From positions 15,637 to 79,636 of the forward strand of contig DBGDSC010000041.1 in the NCBI GenBank assembly GCA_048402045.1: a stretch of DNA of 64,000 nucleotides. Reading direction: 5' to 3'. The stretch is from Collinsella sp. GTDB taxonomy: Bacteria; Actinomycetota; Coriobacteriia; Coriobacteriales; Coriobacteriaceae. This document shows, in pieces, positions 53,340 to 63,222 of the stretch (positions are counted from its first letter, which is position 1; each line of letters opens with the position of its first letter). The translations under genes were made by a program, and so were the position numbers. Below the pieces are notes generated by a model that saw only the letters and a program-made list of their open reading frames with translations, was not told where the DNA came from and did not search any database.

Positions 53340-53420
53340 CGATACATACATACGCTTGAACGGTATTTACTACCGTTCACCGAATTCATTGACAAACGAT
53401 TCGCCAGACAGTATGTATCG
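53340..53420. promoter_or_regulatory. Nested inverted repeats in the nan-locus promoter region (operator candidate)
   Basis: GAACGGTA-TTTAC-TACCGTTC (53358-53378) is flanked by CGATACATAC (53340-53349) and GTATGTATCG (53411-53420). It overlaps a possible minus-strand promoter, TTGTCA-17-TAGTAA. Confidence 0.4.
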
Positions 53421-53584
53421 ACGAGGTGAGATATCAGTCTTCGTCAACCCGCAGGATAGCAGGGTTATTCACCATGGCTAGTCAAACGTTTTAGCGTTAA
53501 TAAAACCCGAAATCGACAGGTAATCGCCGCGAAATAAATGATTGAAAATCGCGCAATCATGTATATCAGTTGTTTGGCTCGTGT

Positions 53585-55531
53585 TTAGCTATCGGAATGG
53601 CCAGCCGCCGCCTCGGCGCGCTCGGCATTCCATGCAACGAGCGCCTCGTGGACCGCCTTGGCAACATCGGCAGGTATGCCGCGAACTTCCGCGATCTCTT
53701 GCTCGCTCGCCGCGCGCAAACGCTTCATCGAGCCAAAATGGCGCATAAGGGCACGTTTTCTGGTGGGTCCCACGCCTGGAACGTCATCGAGTACCGAAAC
53801 CGTCATGGCTTTATCGCGCAACTCGCGATGGAACGTGATGGCAAAACGGTGCGATTCATCGCGAACCTGTTTAATTAGATAGAGCGAAGCAGACCCGGTC
53901 GGCAGCACGACGGGAGTCTCGTCCCAAGGCACGAAAACTTCCTCATCGGCCTTCGCCAAGCCACAAACCGGTATATCGAGCCCAAGAGCCTCAAGTTGCT
54001 TGATCGCAGCGGTCAATTGCGGCTTACCGCCATCGACAACGAGCAAATCGGGGCGCGAGCCAAAGCGCTCGTCGACCATGCGCTCGGGAGCATAGCGTCG
54101 TCCCAAAACCTCGGACATCGACACGAAGTCGTTTGCCTCGTCCAATTCGGCCTGAATTTTAAAACGACGGTACTGGCTCTTGTCGGCGCGTCCGTTGGTA
54201 AACACCACCATCGAGGCGACCGTAAAGGTTCCATGCAGCGTCGAGATATCGAAGCACTCGATACGCATCGGCGGCGCCGGCAGCGCCAGCGCGCTTTCGA
54301 GCTCCAGGAGCGCTTGATTGGTGCGGTCGTCAGCGTACCCCGTTCGCATCATGTAGCGCATGAGGGCATGGCGCGCATTTTTGGATGCCATATCGAGCAA
54401 ACGGTGCTTTTCGCCACGCTGCGGCCTATGGAGATGGCAGGAACGCTCGCGCTTGCCTGCAAGCCACTCCCCCAGCGCCTCCGCATCCTCAAGCTCGATA
54501 GAGAGGTTTATCTCAGCTGGAATATCAGCCGTCTCGTCGTAATAGCGCTTAAGAAAGCCCGATTGAAGTTCCTCTTCGTCGACATCCAAACCCTTATCGA
54601 GAATAAACTCGCAGGTTCGAACCGTTCGACCCTCACGCACGACAAAGACGCAAGCGGCGGAGATGGTCTCCTCGCGATAGAAACCGATGACATCGATATC
54701 GACACTGGAGGGAAAAACGACTTGCTGACGGTCGTCCAGACCCCTGATGACCTCCAAACGACGTTTGACGCGTGCCGCGCGCTCAAAGTCGAGCGCCTCG
54801 GCGGCATCCGTCATCTCGGAGGTCAGCTCATCGACGACATCCTTGCGATGGCCCGACAAAAAGCGCTCGACACGCTTGACGTTCTTGGCATAGTCCGTAG
54901 GAGAAATCGCGCCGACACACGCACCTGGGCCGCGCCCGACATGGTAGTCGAAGCAGGGACGCCCGTTTTGCGCGCAAATCATATTGACGATGTCTTCCTC
55001 GCCCTTGTGGGACTCGACGATACGACGACAACGACGCCACTCCGCACAAGAAGCCGAGCAGATCGGGATCACCTTGCGCAGCGTGTCAATGGTCTCACGC
55101 GCCGCGCGGCTATCGGTATAGGGACCAAAATAACGCGTTCCCGGCTTATGACGCTCGCGCGTGTATTTGATAGCGGGATACAGGTCGCCCTTTGTAATGG
55201 CGATAAAGGGGTAGCTCTTGTCATCCTTGAGGTCGACGTTAAAGTACGGATGGTACTGGCCGATCAGGTTGCGCTCGAGTACAAGCGCCTCATGCTCGGT
55301 TTCGACAACGATGTAGTCAAAGCTCGCAACCAATTGCATCATGAGCGGTATTTTTTGGCGCTCATCCTGCAGCGTCACGTACTGGCGCATACGGGAACGC
55401 AGGTTTTTCGCCTTGCCAACGTAGATGACATCGCCCTTGGCATCTTTCCAAAGGTAACATCCGGGCTGCGTGGGAACGCGCGAAACCTGCTCGGCGAGTG
55501 TTGGAATGTTGTCGTGACCGGCCACACGCAC
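53585..55531 (-). CDS. uvrC: Excinuclease ABC subunit C
   Basis: GIY-YIG motif GCYLWKDAKGDVIYVGKAKNLRSRMRQY, a UVR domain, and C-terminal (HhH)2. The GTG start abuts the murJ stop. Confidence 0.9.
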   Translation of the reverse strand: MRVAGHDNIPTLAEQVSRVPTQPGCYLWKDAKGDVIYVGKAKNLRSRMRQYVTLQDERQKIPLMMQLVASFDYIVVETEHEALVLERNLIGQYHPYFNVDLKDDKSYPFIAITKGDLYPAIKYTRERHKPGTRYFGPYTDSRAARETIDTLRKVIPICSASCAEWRRCRRIVESHKGEEDIVNMICAQNGRPCFDYHVGRGPGACVGAISPTDYAKNVKRVERFLSGHRKDVVDELTSEMTDAAEALDFERAARVKRRLEVIRGLDDRQQVVFPSSVDIDVIGFYREETISAACVFVVREGRTVRTCEFILDKGLDVDEEELQSGFLKRYYDETADIPAEINLSIELEDAEALGEWLAGKRERSCHLHRPQRGEKHRLLDMASKNARHALMRYMMRTGYADDRTNQALLELESALALPAPPMRIECFDISTLHGTFTVASMVVFTNGRADKSQYRRFKIQAELDEANDFVSMSEVLGRRYAPERMVDERFGSRPDLLVVDGGKPQLTAAIKQLEALGLDIPVCGLAKADEEVFVPWDETPVVLPTGSASLYLIKQVRDESHRFAITFHRELRDKAMTVSVLDDVPGVGPTRKRALMRHFGSMKRLRAASEQEIAEVRGIPADVAKAVHEALVAWNAERAEAAAGHSDS

Positions 55532-57214
55532 CTACTTGCGACGAAGCAGCGCCGAGACCTCGGGCATCTTAAGAACGACGGCAAGGCCAAAGGTAACAGC
55601 AAGCGAGACGACACCCGCAACGCAAACATAGCCAAGAGTAATCAGAATCGAGCCGCCAAGTACCCCGACAAAGTGTTCAAGCGCCCACATGACGCCGGCG
55701 CCTGCGGCAGCCCCTAGGCCGCCGAGCAAAAGGCCAAAGAAACCGCCATGCAGGATAGATTTGACCTGAAGGCCACGCAGGCGACGACGCAGCCACCACA
55801 GCGAACAGCCGACCAAGATCACGTAGTCGACAACATACGAAAGCGCGATTGCCGGCATACCGAAGCCCAGCACAACGCCAAACAGCAGAACCGAGCCAGC
55901 CTGGCCGATGGCGGAATACAGGCAATAGCGGCTATAGGGCTTCATGTCGAGCAAGGCAGAGAAGCTCTTCTGCATCAACACGACCACGCCGTAGAGCGGC
56001 AGCGAGAACGCCAGGTAGACAAGGAACTCGGACACCAGCGCCACGCCGGACTCATCAAACTTGCCGGCACAGTAAATCATGTTGAGCGGACGCGCGAAGA
56101 CAATCAGGTACAGCGCGAACGGAATCAGGAAGAACAGCATCTGGGCGACGCCACGCGAAATGCCCGTGCGAACGCTGTCGCAATCCTTCTCCTGTGCGTC
56201 GTGAGAGAGCTCGGTATAGAGCGCCGTCGAAAGCGAGGCGGCAATCAGCGCGTAGGGCAGCGTGTACCACAGGCGCGCATAGGCGATGACGGAAGGACCA
56301 GTCTCGGGCTGGACCACCAGCGCGGCAGCGTTGGTGATAGAAGTCGAGACAAACATGCACACCGTAGCGAGCAGCGTCGGGATACCGAGCGCAATCGTCT
56401 GGCGCAGCGCGGGGTCCTTAAAGTCGATATGGATATGGGGATGCACGCCGTGCTTGCCAAGCGCGGGGATCTGACATGCCATCTGAACAAAGACACCGAG
56501 GGTCGTACCGGCCGCAATCAAGATGATGCCGGCACGTTCACCAAACTGTGCGGACACGGGCGCAAAACCCATAAAGCTCGCAATGACGATCACATTGTTG
56601 AGGACCGGGGCAAACGTCGACCAGAAGTAGTCGCGGTGTGCGTTGAGAACGCCCGAGAACACCGAGCCCAAGCCATAAAACAGAATTTGGATAGCAAAGA
56701 AGCGGAACATGAACGCAGCGGTATCCATGCTGCCGCCATCGCCCGAAAGGAACGACTGCGTCCAAATAAAGCCGGGAGCAAACACGGTGCCCAGCAGCGA
56801 GATACCGCCCAGCAGCAGAAGCAGAATACCGAGCAGATTGCCGACATACTCGTTCGATGCCTCACGGCCCTGCTCGCGCCTCACGCCCATATACACCGGC
56901 AAAAACGCCGTAACGAGCATGCCGCCCATCACGAGCTCGTAGAGCATGTTGGGCAGGTTGTTGGCAACCTGATAGGAGGACGAGAGCAGCGACATGCCGA
57001 TGGCGGCCGCCATGGCCCACGTGCGGATAAACCCGGTGACGCGAGACACGCTAGTCAGGATGGTCATAAGCCCGGCGGAACGACCAACCGTGGAGTAGTC
57101 CGACGAGCCCATGTCGTCAGTGTCATCTCGCGACGAAGAAGCTTCGGATGAGGGTGTCTGAGGCGCAGATTCTTTTGCAAAATGAGCTCCGCGCTTCAAT
57201 TCTTCCTGCGGCAT
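55532..57214 (-). CDS. murJ: Lipid II flippase MurJ (MviN family)
   Basis: About 14 predicted TM segments. N-terminal MurJ-like motif SRVTGFIRTWAMAAAIG after a 50-aa low-complexity cytoplasmic extension. Confidence 0.8.
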   Translation of the reverse strand: MPQEELKRGAHFAKESAPQTPSSEASSSRDDTDDMGSSDYSTVGRSAGLMTILTSVSRVTGFIRTWAMAAAIGMSLLSSSYQVANNLPNMLYELVMGGMLVTAFLPVYMGVRREQGREASNEYVGNLLGILLLLLGGISLLGTVFAPGFIWTQSFLSGDGGSMDTAAFMFRFFAIQILFYGLGSVFSGVLNAHRDYFWSTFAPVLNNVIVIASFMGFAPVSAQFGERAGIILIAAGTTLGVFVQMACQIPALGKHGVHPHIHIDFKDPALRQTIALGIPTLLATVCMFVSTSITNAAALVVQPETGPSVIAYARLWYTLPYALIAASLSTALYTELSHDAQEKDCDSVRTGISRGVAQMLFFLIPFALYLIVFARPLNMIYCAGKFDESGVALVSEFLVYLAFSLPLYGVVVLMQKSFSALLDMKPYSRYCLYSAIGQAGSVLLFGVVLGFGMPAIALSYVVDYVILVGCSLWWLRRRLRGLQVKSILHGGFFGLLLGGLGAAAGAGVMWALEHFVGVLGGSILITLGYVCVAGVVSLAVTFGLAVVLKMPEVSALLRRK

Positions 57215-57217
57215 CGC

Positions 57218-57718
57218 TCAGTCCTCTCTCGTAATCGCGGCAACCGTCGCCCCGCAAAATGCAATTAAATCATCGGGTGCAAGCTCGAGCTGATAACCAC
57301 GCTTGCCTCCCGAAATAAAAATGGTATCCCAAAGGACACACGTCTCATCAATGAGCGTCCGGTAGCGTTTTTTCATACCGACCGGGCTGCAGCCGCCGCG
57401 AACGTAGCCAGTCGCCGCAAGCAAATCCTTCACATGCATCATAACCAAGGACTTCTCCCCCGCGGCACGCGCGGCGGACTTTAGATCGAGCTCATCGGCA
57501 ACAGGGATGCAGCACACGACATGGTCGTTGGACGGCGTCACGCAGACCAAGGTCTTAAATCCTTGACCGGGCTCCTCGCCAAGCTGCTCCGAAATCGCGA
57601 CCCCCAGGCCCACCGACTCATCACCATCGTCTTCGTACGTATGTAGAACATAGGAAATGCCGGCGCTTTCCAGCTCGCGCATCGCATTGGTTTTTGGCGT
57701 CTTTACAGCCTTTGCCAT
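57218..57718 (-). CDS. ybaK: Cys-tRNA(Pro)/Cys-tRNA(Cys) deacylase YbaK/EbsC family
   Basis: Motifs TNAMRELESAGISY, GFKTLV and GGCSPVGMKK. ATG at 57718. Confidence 0.8.
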   Translation of the reverse strand: MAKAVKTPKTNAMRELESAGISYVLHTYEDDGDESVGLGVAISEQLGEEPGQGFKTLVCVTPSNDHVVCCIPVADELDLKSAARAAGEKSLVMMHVKDLLAATGYVRGGCSPVGMKKRYRTLIDETCVLWDTIFISGGKRGYQLELAPDDLIAFCGATVAAITRED

Positions 57719-57799
57719 GACATATCCTTTCCCTCGCATTCGGACGCAAAGATTAAGTATATGTCCAATTCGGCTGCATACGTCACTTCGGCACAGCAA

Positions 57800-57830
57800 G
57801 CGCCATCGAATCACAAGGAGTCGATGGCGC
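57800..57830 (-). terminator. 10-bp hairpin after uvrA (weak terminator candidate)
   Basis: GCGCCATCGA (57800-57809) pairs with TCGATGGCGC (57821-57830). The U tract is poor. Confidence 0.4.
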
Positions 57831-57850
57831 CCATAAACTGAATCGCCTAT

Positions 57851-60730
57851 TTATTGAGCATCAAGTTGAGCCTGACGCTCCCGGTCACGCCTGAGCAAAG
57901 GCGCCAAAAACTTGCCCGTATAACTCTGCGGACAGTCCGCAACCTGCTCCGGTGTGCCCGAAACCACGACGGTTCCGCCGCCGTTACCGCCCTCGGGACC
58001 CATATCGATCAGGCGGTCGGCAACCTTGATGACATCAAGGTTGTGCTCAATCACCAGCACCGTGTTGCCCGCATCGACCAAGCGCTGCAGCACATCGAGC
58101 AGCTGGCGGACGTCCTCAAAATGAAGACCGGTCGTCGGCTCGTCCAAAATATAGAACGTCTTGCCCGTCTGGCGTCGATGAAGCTCCTTGGCGAGCTTCA
58201 CACGCTGCGCCTCGCCGCCCGAGAGCGTCGTGGCGGGCTGGCCCAGGCTCACGTAGCCCAAGCCTACATCGTACAGCGTCTGGAGCTTTCGCTTGATCTG
58301 CGGGATATTCCCAAAGAAGGCCAGCGCCTCGGTGACGCTCATGTCGAGCACGTCCGAGATGGTCTTGCCACGGTAGGTGACCTCGAGTGTCTCGCGGTTG
58401 TAGCGTTTACCGCCGCAAACTTCGCAGGGAACGTAGATATCGGGAAGGAAGTGCATCTCGATCTTAATCTGCCCATCGCCCTTGCACGCCTCACAGCGCC
58501 CGCCACTCACATTAAAGGAGAAACGACCCGGCGAGTAGCCGCGCGCCTTCGACTCCGGCGTACTCGCAAACAGCGCGCGAAGATCATCCCACAGGCCGAT
58601 ATAGGTAGCAGGGTTGGAGCGCGGCGTGCGGCCAATCGGCGACTGGTCGATATCGATAACCTTATCGATGCACTCGATGCCCTCGATTTTTTTATATGGA
58701 CCCACAGGGCGCGTCGAACGGTGAATGGCATTCGTAAGCGCGGGCGCAATCGTATCGGTGACCAGGGAGCTCTTGCCCGATCCCGAAACACCGGTAACGA
58801 CTGTGAGCGTACCGAACTCAATCTTGGCGGTAACGTTTTTGAGGTTGTTAGCGCGGGCGCCCGTGATCTTAAGACAGCCGCGGCCGGGCTTGCGGCGCTC
58901 ATCGGGCACGCGGATCATCCGCTTGCCGGTCAAATAGGCACCCGTCATGGAATCGGGGCACGCCATGATATCGGCAGGCGTTCCCGCGGCGACCACGTTT
59001 CCGCCGTTAACGCCCGCACCGGGACCCATATCGATCACGTAGTCGGCAGCGCGAATTGTATCTTCGTCGTGCTCGACGACGATAACGGTATTACCGATAT
59101 CGCGCAAGCGCTCGAGCGTCTTGATCAGGCGCTCGTTATCGCGTTGGTGGAGACCGATCGACGGCTCGTCCAGAATGTACAGAACGCCCATGAGGCCGGC
59201 GCCGATCTGCGTTGCCAGGCGAATGCGCTGGGCCTCACCGCCGGAAAGCGTCGCCGAGGCGCGATCGAGCGTCAGATAGTCGAGTCCGACATCGACCAGA
59301 AAACGCAGGCGCTCCAGGATTTCCTTGACGATGCGCCCGCCGATAAACTGTTGGCGCTCGGTGAGCTCCAGGCCCTCAAAAAACTCGAGCGACTCACGGC
59401 ACGACAGGCAACAAACCTCGTAAATGGACTTGCCACCCACGGTGACGGCGAGCATCTCGGAGCGCAAACGAGCGCCGTGGCAGCTCGAGCACGGTTCCTC
59501 GCGAATGTACTTCTCCAAGCGCGCCTTGGTGTTCTCGTTCGTCGTCTCGGTGTAGCGCTCATACAGGATGTTGCGCACGCCCGAGAATTTGGTATCCCAC
59601 TGGCTGCGACGCCCGTCGAGCTTTTGATAGTCGACCGAGATCTTCGTGTCGCCCATGCCGTCCAAAAACGCACGACGCACCCGCGGGGGCAGGTCCTCCC
59701 ATGGCGTATCGGCGCTCACCTTAAAATGCTTGCAGACCGCGGCAAAGATTTGCGGATAGTAGTTGGAATTGCCGAACAGACTACCAAAGACACCGTCAGC
59801 AATCGACTTTGAAGGGTCTTCGATCAGCGCCTCGGCATCGACCGTCTTCTTAAAGCCCAGGCCATCGCACTCGGGACATGCGCCATAGGGCGCGTTGAAC
59901 GAGAAATCGCGCGGCTGCAGATCGTCGATGGAATGTCCGTGCTCCGGGCACGCCAGTGCCAGCGAATACTCCAGCAGCTCGCCCTCGGTTCCCTCAGGAG
60001 CATCGCGGTCGGGCAGCATATACACATTCACGTTACCGTGTGCCAGCGCCGTCGCCTGCTCAACAGACTCTGCGATGCGGCCCAGGGAATTCTCTCGAAT
60101 TACGATACGATCGACCACGACCTCGATATCGTGCTTGAACTTTTTGTCCAAATCGATCGGGTCGTCGAGAGAGCGCACCTCACCGTCGACGCGCACGCGG
60201 CTAAAGCCTTCCGCGCGCAGATCCTCGAACAATTTGGCATACTCACCCTTGCGTCCACGAACCACCGGCGCCAGTACAAACGCGCGACGGCCCTCCCCCG
60301 CCGCCAGCACCTTATCGGCAACCTGGTCAGTCGTCTGACGCTCGATGACACGCCCGCACTCGGGACAGTGCGGCGTACCCACGCGCGCAAACAGCAGGCG
60401 CAGATAGTCATAAATCTCAGTTACGGTGCCCACCGTTGACCGGGGGTTCTTGGACGTCGTCTTCTGATCGATCGACACCGCCGGCGAAAGGCCGTCGATT
60501 GAATCCAAGTCGGGTTTGTCCATCTGGCCCAAGAACTGGCGCGCATAGCTCGAAAGGCTCTCGACGTATCGACGCTGGCCCTCGGCATAGATAGTGTCAA
60601 ATGCCAGCGAGCTCTTGCCCGAGCCAGAAAGACCGGTAATGACCACGAGTTGGTCACGCGGAATGGAAACATCGATATCGCGGAGGTTGTGCTCACGAGC
60701 GCCGCGAATAACGATAGAAGAATCAGACAT
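57851..60730 (-). CDS. uvrA: Excinuclease ABC subunit A
   Basis: ATG at 60730 after [34 protein letters not shown] and a second ATPase module, [10 protein letters not shown]. Confidence 0.95.
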   Translation of the reverse strand: MSDSSIVIRGAREHNLRDIDVSIPRDQLVVITGLSGSGKSSLAFDTIYAEGQRRYVESLSSYARQFLGQMDKPDLDSIDGLSPAVSIDQKTTSKNPRSTVGTVTEIYDYLRLLFARVGTPHCPECGRVIERQTTDQVADKVLAAGEGRRAFVLAPVVRGRKGEYAKLFEDLRAEGFSRVRVDGEVRSLDDPIDLDKKFKHDIEVVVDRIVIRENSLGRIAESVEQATALAHGNVNVYMLPDRDAPEGTEGELLEYSLALACPEHGHSIDDLQPRDFSFNAPYGACPECDGLGFKKTVDAEALIEDPSKSIADGVFGSLFGNSNYYPQIFAAVCKHFKVSADTPWEDLPPRVRRAFLDGMGDTKISVDYQKLDGRRSQWDTKFSGVRNILYERYTETTNENTKARLEKYIREEPCSSCHGARLRSEMLAVTVGGKSIYEVCCLSCRESLEFFEGLELTERQQFIGGRIVKEILERLRFLVDVGLDYLTLDRASATLSGGEAQRIRLATQIGAGLMGVLYILDEPSIGLHQRDNERLIKTLERLRDIGNTVIVVEHDEDTIRAADYVIDMGPGAGVNGGNVVAAGTPADIMACPDSMTGAYLTGKRMIRVPDERRKPGRGCLKITGARANNLKNVTAKIEFGTLTVVTGVSGSGKSSLVTDTIAPALTNAIHRSTRPVGPYKKIEGIECIDKVIDIDQSPIGRTPRSNPATYIGLWDDLRALFASTPESKARGYSPGRFSFNVSGGRCEACKGDGQIKIEMHFLPDIYVPCEVCGGKRYNRETLEVTYRGKTISDVLDMSVTEALAFFGNIPQIKRKLQTLYDVGLGYVSLGQPATTLSGGEAQRVKLAKELHRRQTGKTFYILDEPTTGLHFEDVRQLLDVLQRLVDAGNTVLVIEHNLDVIKVADRLIDMGPEGGNGGGTVVVSGTPEQVADCPQSYTGKFLAPLLRRDRERQAQLDAQ

Positions 60731-60790
60731 GGAAGCTCCTTGCCTCCTATTGCATCGAATCATACTGCCGATGAGTTTAGCGCACTCGAC

Positions 60791-60804
60791 GCGCACAGAT
60801 GTTC
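60791..60804 (-). promoter_or_regulatory. Candidate LexA (Cheo-type SOS) box upstream of uvrA
   Basis: The minus strand reads CGAACATCTGTGCG, against the consensus CGAACATATGTTCG (12/14). It lies 61-74 nt upstream of the uvrA start. Confidence 0.4.
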
Positions 60805-60923
60805 GTAATACAAGATTCGCAGACCTTTAGCTTTGCGTATCGGGTGCTTTGTTTCTCGAAATACCGTGGAGAGGTTACAGTAATCTAATACTGAACTTAG
60901 TTTGCTGTAACAGAGGAACGTCC

Positions 60924-63077
60924 ATGACCGAAGATATCCCCCTTGAAATCACTTCGAGCGACATGGCCAATCTGCCCATATTCATCGCCGTCCTTATCGT
61001 GGCCACCGTCGTCGTGCGCGTGTATTTTTCAATCAAACACAATGAAAAGCCGCCCATTGCCCGCGTCTTTTGGTGCGCGACGCTCCTCATCCCGCTCGGC
61101 GTGGTAGCTGCATGGATTACGAATCAATTGCTCGTAAATGAGGACAGTTCCCTATGGGTCCTTTCTTATTCGGCGCTCGGTGCTGCCGCCGTCATACTTC
61201 TTGTCGAACCCTTGGTTTCGGGACTTATCGACCAAACCGATCTTGCGACGGGAACGGTTGCCTGTATTTGCCGTGACATCCTTGTCATCGCCGCTGTTTC
61301 AGCGCTCTCGTTCGTTTCACTCGAAATTGCCTGTAACGAAACGTTCTATCGCATTCCCGCCAACTCATTCGGGTTTTCCGTCGGGCTGCTCGCGACGGTT
61401 CTGCTCTCCCTTTATTTGCTGGGACAGCGTCATGGAGGCGTCATGGCCCTCGTGCCCGTCGCCTGTTGCATCCTTGGCATTGCCGAGCACTTCGTCATAA
61501 CGTTTAAAGGCGAAGCCATCCTGCCAAGCGATATCTTGGCCCTTGGCACCGCAATGGAAGTGAGCGAGGGATACGAGTTTACCTTTACCGCCGGAATCGT
61601 AACCTCTCTCGCCCTGCTGGAGATTTCCCTGGGGCTTCTTTCGCTTATCCGACCGCGAAAGCTCCGTACGCCCACCCATGTCTTCCCCGCAATCGCCGCT
61701 AACCTCTGCGCTTTTCTGCTAGTGACCGTTGTGGGGCTCTCAGGCTTTTCCAGCATCGACTTGGAGCAGGCGCTGGATTTTGGATTTGACCGTTGGCAGC
61801 CCATCACCACATATACGTCTCAGGGTTTTATCACTTCGTTCACCGAAATGGTCAACGAGTTGCCCATTGAGAAGCCCGAAGGCTATACGCCCGATGAGGC
61901 GCAGAGCATCGAGCAGGAGCTCGCCGCCGCCTACGACAGCACGTATGGCTCGAGCGAGCAGCGCGCGGCTGCCGTTGCCCAGTTCAATGAAATCAAGCCG
62001 ACGATTGTTGCCGTCATGAACGAGAGTTTTAGCGACCTTTCGTGCTTTGAGCAGCTCCAGGCGGCCGGGTACACCGGCCCCGCATTCTACAACTCGCTTC
62101 CCGACACACTTGTTCGCGGCACCATGCTCGCTTCGGTCACCGGTGGCGGAACGGCAAACTCCGAATTCGAATTTTTGACCGGAGCGACAACGGCCTTTGT
62201 CGGATTAGGCAAAATCCCCTATCAGCTGTATCAGATGAATGGCGTCAACAGCCTGGCAAAGGACCTTAAAGAGCTTGGGTATACCGCTACCGCTATGCAC
62301 CCGCAAAACCCCGTCAACTACCATCGAGATAAGATCTATCAGCAGCTGGGCTTTGGAGACTTTCTTTCAATCGGCGATTTCGAAGGTGCGCCCTGTTACC
62401 ATGCCGGCGTATGCGACTACGCCACCTACGACAAGATACTCGACCTGCTTAGAACCGACGAAGCGCCACAGTTCATCTTTGACGTCACGATGCAAAATCA
62501 CGGCGGCTACGACTATGGCACCGTTCCCGCCGAAGAGCTGACAAACTATTGGGTCGAGGGAGCCAGCGAGGGCGCCAATAGCGCGCTCAACACCTATCTC
62601 ACCTGCATCAACGCATCCGACCGGGACCTCGAGTACTTTATCAACGAGCTCCGCAATATCGGCAGACCGGTTGTTCTTGTCTTTTTTGGCGACCATCAGC
62701 CGAGCGCCGCAACGACTCTCAACGACGAGCTGTACCCTCAGGAAGATACGGCAAGCCACGCTTTCCGTGTCTATCAGTCAACCTATTTCGTCTGGGCTAA
62801 CTATGAAATCGCCGGCAATACCGAGCTCAACGTCTACGACACCGTCGGGGCAAACGAGATTGCAGCCATTACCCTTAATAAGATCGGCGCCCCGCTCACC
62901 GACTATCAAAAGGCCCTGCTTGCAACAAGGTCAGATGTGCCCACCATCAATGTCGCCGGCTATCTCGGTGCCGACGGGCTGCGCTACAACTTGGAATCTG
63001 AAGACAGCCCATACACCTCGACGATCGACAAGCTGCAGCGCATGCAATACCTCGAGTTCTCCAGCAAAGTTCAGTAA
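60924..63077 (+). CDS. LTA synthase family (sulfatase-fold) membrane protein
   Basis: ATG at 60924 after GAGGAA. Long multi-TM N-terminal region. Extracellular domain with VMNESFSD and GGGTANSEFEFLTG (catalytic Thr region). Confidence 0.8.
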   Translation: MTEDIPLEITSSDMANLPIFIAVLIVATVVVRVYFSIKHNEKPPIARVFWCATLLIPLGVVAAWITNQLLVNEDSSLWVLSYSALGAAAVILLVEPLVSGLIDQTDLATGTVACICRDILVIAAVSALSFVSLEIACNETFYRIPANSFGFSVGLLATVLLSLYLLGQRHGGVMALVPVACCILGIAEHFVITFKGEAILPSDILALGTAMEVSEGYEFTFTAGIVTSLALLEISLGLLSLIRPRKLRTPTHVFPAIAANLCAFLLVTVVGLSGFSSIDLEQALDFGFDRWQPITTYTSQGFITSFTEMVNELPIEKPEGYTPDEAQSIEQELAAAYDSTYGSSEQRAAAVAQFNEIKPTIVAVMNESFSDLSCFEQLQAAGYTGPAFYNSLPDTLVRGTMLASVTGGGTANSEFEFLTGATTAFVGLGKIPYQLYQMNGVNSLAKDLKELGYTATAMHPQNPVNYHRDKIYQQLGFGDFLSIGDFEGAPCYHAGVCDYATYDKILDLLRTDEAPQFIFDVTMQNHGGYDYGTVPAEELTNYWVEGASEGANSALNTYLTCINASDRDLEYFINELRNIGRPVVLVFFGDHQPSAATTLNDELYPQEDTASHAFRVYQSTYFVWANYEIAGNTELNVYDTVGANEIAAITLNKIGAPLTDYQKALLATRSDVPTINVAGYLGADGLRYNLESEDSPYTSTIDKLQRMQYLEFSSKVQ

Positions 63078-63222
63078 GCCCGCCCATTCGCTTGGGCCCA
63101 TCGTATTGCAAGCACGCTCGGCCCAAATGCATCGCAAATGACTCCCGCTCGCAAACGAGGGTACAATGACGCTCGTGTCACATCACGGGGCTCCGGCCCC
63201 AACATATACAAAGGAGTCATAC

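Noticed and set aside
129-59812. Many long plus-strand ORFs from the track (e.g. 129..1352, 3496..4590, 7616..9322, 19580..21694, 33605..35272, 35923..37656, 38224..39549, 39477..40688, 41485..42756, 44706..45749, 47561..49072, 51733..53238, 53996..55717, 55748..57151, 57854..59812)
   Set aside because: Each lies antisense to a minus-strand gene with clear family motifs. Their products are Gly/Arg/Val/Asp/Leu-rich low-complexity strings typical of mirror ORFs in high-GC DNA, and they lack RBS and start context.
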